Origin: Squalus acanthias
Lineage: Eukaryota
Reading direction: 5' to 3'
Length of the DNA: 64,000 nucleotides
NCBI GenBank assembly: GCA_030390025.1
Contig: CM059432.1
Coordinates: 35,342,001-35,406,000, forward strand
Below, piece after piece: positions 48,420-59,759 of the stretch. Numbering within the stretch: position 1 is the first letter of the stretch; each line of letters opens with the position of its first letter. A model generated the notes under the pieces. The model made no database searches. It saw only the letters and a program-made list of their open reading frames with translations, and was not told the origin of the DNA. The position numbers were made by a program, and so were the translations under genes.

Positions 48420-48810
48420 AGTCTTGGCTCAGTGGTAGCACTCTCACCTCAGAGTCAGAAGGTTGTAGGTTCAAGCCCTGTTCCAGAGACTGGAGTATAA
48501 AATCTAGGCTAACACTCCAGCACTACTTAGGGTGTGCTACTCTGTGCCTTTTTTAGATGGGACGTTAAACCGAGACCCCGTCTACCCTCTCAAGTGGACA
48601 TAAAAGATCCCATCTTTTGAAGAGGGGAGTTCTCCCCAGTGTCCTGGCCAATGTTTATCCCTCAACCAGCATCAACACTGCTAATCTGCTCATTTATCTT
48701 ATTGCTGTTTGTGGGACCTTGTGTGTAAATTAGATGCCACGTTTGCTACAATACAACTGTGACTACACTTCAAAAGTACATCATTTTGTGTGAAGCATTT
48801 TGGGATGTCA
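48420..48810 (+). mobile_element. DeuSINE copy
   Basis: tggctcagtggtagcact...ggttcaagcc head plus Deu core. Confidence 0.8.
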
Positions 48811-50544
48811 TAAGGAGGAGGATTTTAAATTTGAGGTGCAAGGGTCCAGGGCCAATGTAGGTCAGCAAGGGCAGGGGAGATAGGCAAGTGGGAGTTGGTG
48901 TAGGTTAGGATATAGGTAGTATAGTTTTGGATGAGCTGAAGTTTACAGAGGGTGGAGGATGAGAAGCCGGCCAGGAGAGTATTGGAGTAATTGAGTTGGA
49001 GGTGACAATGGCATGGATATAGGTTTCAGTGGAAGATTGCCAAAAAGAGTCTAGGCTCAGATGGTTTACATCCCAAAATACTGAAATAGCAGAGGTACTA
49101 ACCATATTTTTCCATTTGGAAACAGAAATTATGCCAAAGGACTGGAGTGTGGCAAATAAGGAGATCATTATTTGCAGTTAGTTAGCGCCTTTGACGTCCT
49201 TGGAATGTCCCAAATGTTACAGCCCTGTTCCAGAAATGGATAAACCAGGTAAATACAGGACAATTAATCACACCTTAATTATGAGTACAGGTCTAGGGTC
49301 CATAATACGAGATATTAGTGAACCTTGAGAAAGTCATGGGTTAATCAAGAACAGTCCCCATGGATTTAAAGACACTATATAAATGCAAGTCACTGTTGTT
49401 GGATCTGTAACAAATAAAAATAGATAATGCTGGAAACACACAGGTCGGGCAGCATCTATGAGAGAGGAAGGTAGGGTTAATGTTTCATGTCAATATCCTT
49501 TCTCTCTCTACAGATGCTGCCTGACCTTTTGGATGCTTCCAGCATTTTCTGTTTTTATTTCAGATTTTCCAGCATCTGCAGCACTTTGCCTTTATGGATT
49601 TGTAAAGGGCAGGTTGCGCTTGTCTAATTAAAAAAAAATCAAGTGTGTAGATAAAGGAAATGTAATAGCTGCTGATTATCTGGATTTTAAAAATTTGCTA
49701 TTATTTTTAAATTATTTGTTCATTGGATGTGAACGTCGCTGGCAATATTGAAGTTAATGCCCATCCCCTAGTTGCCATGAGAAGGTGGCACTGCGCCTTT
49801 TCCTTGAACTTCTGCAGTCTTTGTGGTGATGGTACTCCTACAATGGTGGTAAGTAGGGAGTTCCGGGATATTTACCCAGCGAAGATGAGGGATCGGCCTT
49901 GTGAGTCTAAATCAGGATGATATGTGACTTCGAGGGGAACTTGGAGGTGATGGTGTTCCCACGACATTGCTGCCCTTGTCGTTCACGGTGGTGAAGGTCG
50001 AAGCAAAAGATTTTCAGACATAGTTCCATTTAAACAACCTGTTGCAAAAATGAAGGAGCTTGATGTTAAATAGAATGTCGCTGTATAGATAGAAAGAATA
50101 AAAAGCAAAGAATACTGGTAAATGGATGTTTTTGCATTGGCCAGGATGTGGTTATGGTACACTCCAGGGGTCTCTGCTGGCTCCTGTTTTCATATATATA
50201 TACTGGCTTAATTAGGCATGGCAAACTATCAGGAAGAATGCAAGAAATTGCTAAAGGTGTAGTGGCAGATGCAGTTCAATACAGATGTGAGGTAATTCAT
50301 TTTAGGAAGCACAACAGTGCAACAAGGTAGATATTGGAAATGTTAAGATCTATAAAAGAGCTTGCTTTTATATAGCACCTTTCACGACCTCAGGATGCCA
50401 CAAAGCGCTTTACAACCAATGAAGCACTTTTGAAGTGCAGTCACTGTTGTAATTTGGGAAACGGGCCAGCTAATTTGCACATAGCAAGGTCCCACATTCA
50501 GCAATGATACTGAGCACCTTCATTTTATCAGCAAGCCCTTTTTA

Positions 50545-52025
50545 AAATTCAACTTGGGATATGGGCATCGCTAGCAAGGCCAGCATTTATTGTCCATCCC
50601 TAGTTGCCCTCGGGAAAGTGGTGGTGAGCTGCCTTCTTCAACCGCTGCTATCCGTGTGGTGAAGCTATTCCCAGTGTTGTCAGCTATGGATTACCAGGAT
50701 TTTGACCCAGCAATGATGAAGGAATGGCGATGTATGTCCAAGTCAGGACAGTGAGAGATTTGGGAGGGGAACGTACAGGTGATGGTGTTCCCATGGGCCT
50801 GCTGTGCTTGTCTTTCTAGGTAATAGAGGTCACAGGTTTGGGAGGTGCTGTCAAAGAAGCTTTGGCGAGATGCTGCAGTACATCCTGTGGATAGTACACA
50901 CTGCAGACACGGTACTCTGGTGGTGGAAGGAGTGGAAGTTTACGGTGGTGGATGGGCTATTGATCAAGTGGACTGTTTTGTCCTGGATGGTGTCGAGCTT
51001 CTTAAGTGTTGCAGCTGCACCCATCCTGGCACTCCTGACTCCTACATGGCATTTATCAAAAGCCTTTTGAAAATCCATATAGACCACATCCACTATACTT
51101 CCTTTTTCAATGCACTCTGTTGTTTCCTCACTTACTTTTATCCCAAACTAACTAGGGATATTTAAAATTTTCAGATACTACTTGCCTTTCACAGATTTGT
51201 GCTGGCTGTCCTTAATTAATCCATGCCTTTCTGAATAAGTATTAACCCATACTATGACCTCCAGAAGCTTATCCATTATTGTTAGGCTGACTGGCCAAGA
51301 GGTACCCAATTTATTACTTTCTCCATTTTTGAACAGAACTATTAAATTGGCAACCCTGCAATCTTCTAGAACAACTTCCATATCCAACAATGTTTGAAAG
51401 ACTGTGGTCAGAGCCTCTACTATTACATCTCTGACTTCCCTCAGCATTCTAGGATGTAACCATCAGGGCCTAATGCCCTTTCCACTTTGAGCTCCATCTT
51501 TTACGGTATCACTTCCTTATCTTTAGTCATCCTATCTAATAGCCACAGCTCCTCCTCTTGTACCCTCTTGATTCCCACTACCAAACTCCACCATAAAGAT
51601 TGAACAGGTTGGGGTTTTTTTCTTTAGAAAAGTGAAGTCTTAGAGGTGACTTGATAGAGGTCTTTAAAATGGTTTGGACAGGGTAGATCTGGAGAGAATG
51701 TTTCCACTTGTGGGAGAATCCAAAACTAAAGGCCATAAATAAAATATAGTTACTAATACATCCAATAGAGAAATAAGGAGAAATTTATTTACTCAGAGTG
51801 GTTAGAATATGGAACTTGCTACCACAGGAAATGGTTGAGGCAAATAGCTTAGATGCTTTCAAAAGGAAACTAGACGAGTACGAGAGAAAAGGGAATAGGA
51901 TACGTTGAAAGGCTGAGATGAAGCAGATGGAATGGGAGGAGACTCGTGGAGTATAAACACCAGCATAGACCAGTTGGGCCGAATGGCCTGTTTCTGTGCT
52001 GTATATTCTATGTAATTCTATGTAA
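50545..52025. mobile_element. Cluster: LINE A 3' fragment (-, 50545-51030), old CR1 (-, 51030-51500), CR1 3' end (+, 51600-52025)
   Basis: LKKLDTIQDK, DVVYMDFQKAFDK and CR1 tail motifs. Confidence 0.8.
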
Positions 52026-52157
52026 AAAAAAACTGAAGCAAACTACTCATTTAGTATCTCTGCCATTCTGTCACAAGATTGACTTTTCATCTCTAAAGGG
52101 TACGAAAACAAATCAAATAGAACTCAGCTGCGCCAGGTTTTTGGGTTACAATGCCTG

Positions 52158-52340
52158 TACTGGTGGGATGTGGGTGGCCCTGTGGGTCGTGTTGTCAGGG
52201 TTGGTGAAATGCGGTGGCCCAATGGGTCGGATTTCCAGGGCTGGTGGAATGTGGGTGGCCCAATTTGTCGGGTCTCTGGGGCTGGCCCGATGGATCAGGT
52301 TGTCCAGGCTGGTGGAATGCGGGTGGGTCTGGCCCATGTG
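52158..52340. repeat. Degenerate ~40-bp tandem repeat
   Basis: ctggtggaatg.gggtggccc recurs about 4-5 times. Confidence 0.7.
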
Positions 52341-52447
52341 CTGAAGTCTGAACCATCCTGGTTGAGACTATTTGACCAGTCACTTACTTCAAACGTCAAC
52401 ACATGATTTATTTCACTGTAACCCAGGTGGTTTGATTTGTACTTTGT

Positions 52448-52453
52448 TTTATT
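52448..52453 (-). terminator. Candidate CCDC12 polyadenylation signal
   Basis: tttatt on + strand about 1.5 kb past the stop codon. Confidence 0.4.
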
Positions 52454-53992
52454 ATAAATCAGTGCAGCATTTCATACAAAAACGTACAAAAAAGGGTTGT
52501 CCAAAACATCACAAAGCAGAAAGGATAACCAGCAAACAAGGGGGTAATCTACTTAGTGAAACCCCAACTCCAACTCGTGGCAACAGCACACACAAACCGA
52601 CAGAGAAACACAGACACACCCCACACACCTCTCAGAGACAGACAGACAGAAACACATCTCCACACAAACAGGAATACAGACACACCCAACACAGATAGAC
52701 ACACACACAGAGACATACAACCTTCACAGATATACAGAAAGAGACAACGTACAGACACAACATTTTAGGCTGACGCTCAAGAAGAAACTCAGTTTTTAAA
52801 AAGTAAAATTGCTGGAACATACAGCAGGTCTACCTGCGTGTTTAACGTTTGGAGTATGAACTCTTGACCATTTCTGATGGAGGATCTTTATCTGAAACAC
52901 TCACCTGCCTTTCCTTTCAGATACTGCCCGGCATGTCCTATACTTCCAGCATTTTGGGATTTTTTTTGTTTCAGATATCCAATCTTTGTAGATTTATATT
53001 ATGTTTGAGCTCGGACTACAGGTCTGCAGCCACTGGTGTGAATTACACTCTGTGATTGCAATAGGTTTTAACTTCCACACTAGTGCAGGCTTTACTCTCA
53101 GATCCGGATACAAGCTCTGGTCCTTGTATGACCTCACAGCCCCCATTCCTCCCCCACCGCCACCCCCAATTCACAGCAATTCGATTAGATTTCCCGAAGG
53201 ACCAAGTGAGCTGAAGGTAGAGATCGTGACAATAAGGCTCTCTCAGGGAGATCTCTGCAGTTAATTATGCTGCAGTTTAAGAGCGGCTTTGTGCTGAGCT
53301 TAGTAGGTTTCTCCCCTTAAAACCAACGTCAAGCAATTCACCGCATCGAAATCTGGGAGAGAATGCACAAGAGGAGGCAGCACTCTAAAGTGAATGACTG
53401 CTTGTGCATAACTGCACAATACTTGGTTAGACTGCACCAAGTACGGTGTCCAGCTCTGGTCAGCAAGACACGAGGGAGTCATCCAAACCCTGGAGACAGT
53501 GCAGAAAAGAGTCACAAGGCTGATCTTTAGTATCAGAGGGACTGAGTTACAAGGAGAAACTCAGGCTCTTCGACCTGGAAAGGAAGTGACTGAGAGGGAT
53601 CAAGTGGAGGTGTATAAGATAGTAAATGATATAGAAAAAGTAAATCCTGGGACACTTAAAGATAAACTGTGACAAGGGAACAAGCAAATTTAGCACTGAT
53701 GTCAAGAAGTTCTTCCCACATCAACATATGGAATGGACTTCCAGGTAAGGCAGTAGAGACACTGGAATCATTGAATAAACAGCTGGGCAGTCATGGTGGG
53801 GAGGACTGCAGGATCTTCCTGGAAGAAGGGCCTCCTCCATCTTTGCTGTGACCTACATAAGATGCACCAGGACGTTTCCTTTTGAGGGTGGAGGTGAACA
53901 AAAGACTACAGATGATGTGGCAGTGTTCTTATTCAGAGATCTGGCTGGTTTGTGACTGGCCCAACCCCTATTGTCCACGTGAGAGCCTCGAG

Positions 53993-54072
53993 TCACTCAG
54001 AGTCGTAATCTTCCTGTTTCACTGCTCCAACCGCAGATGCCAGGTCATCTTCATTGCCTTTTAGCTTCTCCC
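53993..54072 (-). CDS. CCDC12: CCDC12 last coding exon, 80 nt including TGA
   Basis: ctgcag|(R)EKLKGNEDDLASAVGAVKQEDYDSE*; phases consistent. Upstream exons not found in the window. Confidence 0.9.
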
Positions 54073-54616
54073 CTGCAGGATTGAAAATAAATAATAAACT
54101 ATATTAATGTTACCCCAATAATATTTTTAAATTTAAGAACAGGCTTCCTTCCTTCTCTTCCCCCCCCCAACCCACCATCCCCCACAAACTAACAAATTGC
54201 TTGATGGCAGTTGTGCCCAGAATTTCAGTGCTTACTGCTTCTATGATCACACTTGCACAAAGTCAGACATAATATAAATACAACCCTATGCATGTGTGAC
54301 TAATTGAGTGTATGTGTAAGCGAGAACGACTGAGTGACTGAGCGAGAGAGAGAATGAGAGTGAGTGAAAATGAAGGAGTCTGAGAGTGAGAAAGAGTTGG
54401 AGAGTGAGAGAGATTGTGAGAGAGAGTGAGTGAGAAACTTTGAGAGAGAGGGGGAATGAGAGTGGGAGAGAGAGAGAGCGAGTACAAGAGATATATTTTG
54501 TGACAGTATGTTGGATGCTGCAGGATCCAGTTTGGCTGTGATGCCCCTCCCCCAAATGGTGGAACAGCACCATTGTATGTGTGCTCTGCAGCCAGTTGTT
54601 TTTGTTTAACGCTAGC

Positions 54617-54840
54617 AAAATACTGCAGATGCTGGAAATCCGAAATAACAGAAAACGATGGAAATCCGAAATAACAACAGAAAACGCTGGAAAAACTCAG
54701 CAGGCGAGGCAGCATCCGTGGAGAGAGAAACAGAGTCAGAACTGATGAAAGGTCTCAACCTGAAACGTTAACTCTGTTTCTCTCTTCACGGATGCTGCCT
54801 CGCCTGCTGAGTTTTTCCAGCGTTTTCTGTTGTTATTTTG
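54617..54840. mobile_element. Fold-back Penelope terminal-repeat element with an intact hammerhead core in the loop
   Basis: Inverted arms around CTGATGA-aaggt-ctca-acct-GAAACGTTAAC. Confidence 0.75.
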
Positions 54841-56071
54841 TTTTTGTTTAACTGTGGCTTTCTCCACGTTTATTTATTTATTCTCCCCAATCTTCTTCCT
54901 CCTCTCCTGAAGGTAATGACATCCAATGGGCACTGTGGGAGGTTGGTCTGCAGGTTGTTCAACATTGACTGGCATCACAGCCACAGCCGAGACTGATCCT
55001 GATCTCGCCCAAAGTTTACACACACACTTTTCACAGGGATATACCTGTGTGAACAGGTAGACAAAATTACGGCACAGGAGGGCATTCGGACCATCGCACC
55101 AGTGCTGAGGACATCCCTTTAATCTATAAAGCTATTTCCCTGTATTCTATTATATTCCTCCTTTTCAAATACTTACTCAATTCCCTTTTAAATTGTATTA
55201 TAGTCTCTGCCTCGGTAACCACGTGTGGTAAAGCATTCCATAATGTAAAAATCATTCGGGTCAGGAAATTGCTTTCAAGTATCAGCTTGGCTCAGCTTCC
55301 ACTGGAGCACATAATCCTAGGTAACTTGTTCCACAACTCTATTCCCTTCTGGGTGAAAAAGTTTCTGCTGACTTCCCTTCTTACTCTTAGCTTGCAGTAC
55401 TGAGGGTAAGCTGCACTGTCGGAGGTGCTGTCTTTCGGATGAAACGTTAAACCAAGGCCCCCCATCTGCCTTCTCAGGTGAAAGTAAAAAATCCCACAGC
55501 ACTATTGGAAGAGATGGGGAGTTCTGCCAGTGTTCTGGCCAATATTATTCCCTCAACCAACATCACAAAAAACATTCTACCTATCTCATTGCTGATTGTG
55601 GGACCTTGCCGTTAGCACATTGGCTGATACGTTTTCCTACAGTACAACAGTGAAGCCCTGGGACGTCCTGAAGTCGTGAAAACTGCTATATAAATGCAAG
55701 TTCTTTCATTTTCATAGATCAACCCGCATCATCTCTCTCAATCCCCCTCCTCTAAAGCCTTTGAACTAATTTTCCACTTCAGTGTCATTCCCCAGAAACT
55801 CATTCCACAACTCTATTTCCCTTTGGGTGAAAAAGTTCCTGCTGACTGCCCTTCTTACTCCTAGCCAGTTCATTTTTAATTTGTGTCTCTGGGTTTTGAA
55901 CCCTTCACCACAGTGAACAAATTGTCTCAATCAGTTTTGACAACTTCTTTTCGTAATCGTCAATGCTTCAGTCAGCTGCCTTTGAATGCGACGAAGCCAG
56001 TTAAATTGCTCAGGGTGTAGCCTTTAAATCGGTGAGAACCAGCTTGCGATTTCCCTTCATTAATTACTCAC

Positions 56072-56148
56072 GGATTAGTTCCGCTATTGCTCTCTGCGTC
56101 CTCTTCTCCAGCTTTTCCAGTTTCTTGGCCACATCCCTTTTCAGATCC
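56072..56148 (-). CDS. CCDC12: CCDC12 penultimate exon, 77 nt
   Basis: ttgcag|(W)DLKRDVAKKLEKLEKRTQRAIAELI-C|gtgagt. Confidence 0.95.
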
Positions 56149-56365
56149 CTGCAACAGAAAACCAGTCTTTACCACCACAGCACCCCTCAAAAATGCCCTC
56201 TAATCCAGCGTTAACTTGGCAATCGCAGAAAGCCCGCAGGATGGCCAGTTTGAGAAACTGAAAAATGTCACATGGGGGAAGTAGGACAGGTAGATTAACT
56301 TACATACAAATTAGATAAATTTCTTTCGAAAATAATATCTTGGAATACAAAAGTAAGTCACGTAC

Positions 56366-56400
56366 CAGTCAGGCTTCCTGGGTGCAAGGTTCACCAAGTC
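56366..56400 (-). CDS. CCDC12: CCDC12 (Cwf18 family spliceosome protein) internal exon, 35 nt
   Basis: ttgtag|DLVNLAPRKPD-TG|gtacgt; matches the conserved NLAPRKPDW motif. Confidence 0.9.
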
Positions 56401-56519
56401 CTACAAAGTAAAAAGTTAAAACATTAATCATATTTTAATAACAGTTTAAGAATGGGAAGTCAGCTATTCCAGCTCTTCAAAACCATATTGAGAACCAGGA
56501 GAGTAACAAGACAGGCCAT

Positions 56520-56735
56520 CACGGTCCTTTCACCTCTAAGACATGGTTCAAATCCAGTCCAGATCTACGAGATGTCTACTGGCTGTAAGCATCCTACAAG
56601 AAACAAACTTGAGCATTGGCACAAGAACTGGCAGTCTCACTCAGAGGCTGCAGGACGGCTGATGAGGGTAAGGAACTGTCACATCTTGGAGACTGGGATC
56701 AAGGCACATTACAGGAAGCTTCACTATGTATCTAG
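56520..56735 (+). mobile_element. Degenerate LF-SINE-related element
   Basis: Collinear blocks cctttcacctcta, ggttcaaatccag.ccag, ttggcac, tggcagtctca, aggcacatt, ggaagctt resemble the LF-SINE consensus as recalled. Confidence 0.55.
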
Positions 56736-56854
56736 GGGTCACAGCTGAGATTCTTCACCTCTCATTTCTAATCTTGGCTGAAACACAGAACAGAAAGGAG
56801 TCTGGGAACTACTTTGGCATGATTGGAAGTCACAAATGGGACATTTGCCAAGTA

Positions 56855-57218
56855 CAGGAAACTCTTTATTAACCGGCACCGACGGGACCGGCGTGGTGCC
56901 GGTTAATCAAAAAGTCCGGATAATGGAGAGTTATATCTCCCAACGTACGAGAGCCCCGTACACACTGACATGCGCCTGCATTCGGAGCTCCGTCTCCCCG
57001 GGGACCGCCAGCTGACCATCTGTCGTGTCCGCTGCCTACCCGGGCTGCACATTCCCCTCCCAATCTACACGCTCCGATACAAGGCAAACGCCTCGGGGTT
57101 TTTTTTAAAGTTATTTTTAAAGGAGAGATGAAGGAAAACCCCGGTTACCTACTCAAGAATTTTGCCGGTTAAAAAAGATTTCCGGTTATTTGGGTGCCGA
57201 TTAAAAGAGAGTTTCCTG
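56855..57218 (-). mobile_element. Same MITE family, copy 2, opposite orientation
   Basis: Near-identical reverse complement of 12871-13222, TA TSD. Confidence 0.88.
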
Positions 57219-57282
57219 TAGTTGGCAACCCAACACTGGTATCACATATAAACTCGGAGCCTCGGTCAAAATGTCCACCCTT

Positions 57283-57848
57283 GTGAAGGAGACCACACGT
57301 GGAGTATTGTGCACAGTTTTGGTCTCCTTACCCAAGGAAGGATATACTTGCCTTAGAGTGGGTGCAATGAAGGTTCACTAGATTGATTCCTGGGATGAGA
57401 GGGCTGCCCTACGAGGAGAGATTGAGTAGAATAGGCCTATATTCTTTGGAGTTTAGAAGAATGAGAGGTGATCTCATTGAAATGTATAAAATTCTTAGAC
57501 GGCTTGACAGGGTAGATGCAGAGAGGCTGTTTTCCTGGCTGGAGAGTCTAGAACTAGGGATCATGGTCTCAGGATAAGTGGTCGGCCATTTAGGACTGAG
57601 ATGAGAAATTTCTTCACTCAGAGGGTTGTGAATCTTTGGAATTCTCTACCCCAGAGGGCTGTGGATGTTCAGTCGTTCAGTATATTCAAGACCGAGATCG
57701 ATCGATTTTTGGACACAAAGGGAATCAAGGGACATGGGGATAGGGCGGGAAAGTGGAGCTAATGTAGAAGTTCAGCCATGATCTTATTGAATGGCGGAGC
57801 AGGCTCGAGGGGCCATATGACCTACTCCTGGCTCCTATTTCTTATGTA
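57283..57848 (+). mobile_element. CR1 3' fragment
   Basis: LPYEERLSRIGLYSLEFRRMRGDLIE plus tail. Confidence 0.9.
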
Positions 57849-58164
57849 ACTGATGGTTGGTCAGTTGTTCTGGCTCCTGAATAGGACCTGATGCCAAAGT
57901 GGGAGTTGCGGGGCTCAATTCTTCTCACTCAAGCACCAGCAAGCCAATGCTCTACCGGACAGGGTGGTCTAGTTGGACAAGCAAAGGGAAGCTTACCAGT
58001 ACTCTGTTGGTAATCTGTGTGATTTTAGCTGTTTAACTCTAGCAGTATTCTTGCGCATACTTGAGGGCGTCCCCAATACTTGGCTTTTGCTAACCCACGC
58101 CTAATCTCTCTGGACTGACGCAAGTGCACTCCATGTCAGGGACTCTCCCGAAGCCTCTTAAGAG

Positions 58165-59400
58165 ATCGAGTTCCAGATTTTCACTACCCTTTGTGTGGAA
58201 AAAATGCTTCCTAATTTCACTCCTGAACGACCTGGCATAATTTTAAGATCATGCCCCCTTGTTCTAGATTCCCCTACCAGAGGAAATAGTTTCTCTGTAT
58301 CTATCCTATCGAATCACTTTATAATTTTAAACACCGTTTAGATCATCCCTCAACATTCTGAACTCAAAGGAACACAAGTCAAGTTTATGCGATCTGTCCT
58401 CATAATTTAACCCTTTAAGCCCTGGTATAATTCTGGTGAATCTGCGCTGGACCCACTCCAAGGCCAAAACTGAAAGCAGTCCTCCAAATGGGGTTTGGCC
58501 AAATCTCTGTACAATTGAAGCATCACTTCCTCGCTTTTGTATTCCAACCCCCTTGGCGTCACAAGAGGAACGAAGAAAGTCAAAATACAACAACTTGTAT
58601 TGTTATAGCGCCTTTAACTTAAAAACATCCCAAGGCATGATACAAATTGAAATATAGGGAAAAGGGGCGCCGAGACAAGAGAGAGAGAGAGAGAGAGATT
58701 CGGAGTGGTGCCTGGGAATCTGGTTAAGGTGGGTATTGAGATGGCTTTTAGAGGAAAGAGAAAAGAAATGGAGAGGGGATAGGGTTTAAGGAGTGAGCCT
58801 CAGTGATTGGGACCAAGGGGCTGAGGCTTCAGTCTCCACTGAGGCAAAGGAGGGGGAAGCACAGAAAAGGCCAGTATCTTTAGGACAAGGGGATACAAGG
58901 CTGGAGGAGGTTACAAAGATACGGTGGGGAAAGGCTGTGACGAGATTTACTTTAAAAGACAGTAAAAACAATGTTTTTTATTCATTCTCAGAAAGTGGGC
59001 ATCACTGGCAAGGTCAGCATTTATTTCCCATCTCCAGTTTCCCTTGAGAAGGTGGTGGTGGGCCTGCCTTCTTGAACCACTGCAGTCCATGTGGTGAAGG
59101 TACTCCCACAAAGTTGTTAGGTAGGGAGTTCCAGGATTATGATCCAGCAATGATGAAATAACAACGATATATGTCCAAGTCAGGATGGTGTGTGACTTGG
59201 AAGGGAATTTGTAGCTGCTGGTGTTCCCATGCACCTGCTGCCCTTTTTCTTCTAGGTGGTGGAGGTTGCAAGCTTGGGAGGTGCTGCTGAAGCCTTGGTG
59301 ACTTGCTGCAGTGCCTCCTGTAGATAGCACACTGCAGCAGAGTACACCAGTGGTGAAGGGAGTGGATGTTCAAGCTGGTGGATGGGTTGCCAATCAATAT
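58165..59400 (-). mobile_element. CR1 fragment (58165-58555) and LINE A 3' fragment (58975-59400)
   Basis: VQRRFTRIIPGLKGLNYEDR; LNIHSLHH...KSHTILTW. Confidence 0.8.
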
Positions 59401-59759
59401 TGCTGTTAACAAAAGACATTTACACAGTGTCTGTGACCAGCCTCCTCACAACCCCCGTGGTCTTAGCTATTAATTTATTCTTGCCTCCCCCTAGTTGAAA
59501 GTATTGACTCATGGTGCAGTACAGTTCCACGCGTAGGCCTTTCTCTGGTACGTCAATCGGTCTTCATGTGCAAGCCTAAACAGTGAGCGTTTGCGTGCTA
59601 TTGAACCATGGAGGGCATCGCAGCCAAGTACAATTCTATTCTCACCAACTGGCCACATAGATGCACACAGCAGGAGTCAATGCATACCCATCAGCAGTGC
59701 AAAATGTGATTTCTTTCCTCCTAAACCCAGGAGCACCGATACCAATGCAGTTTGTCATG

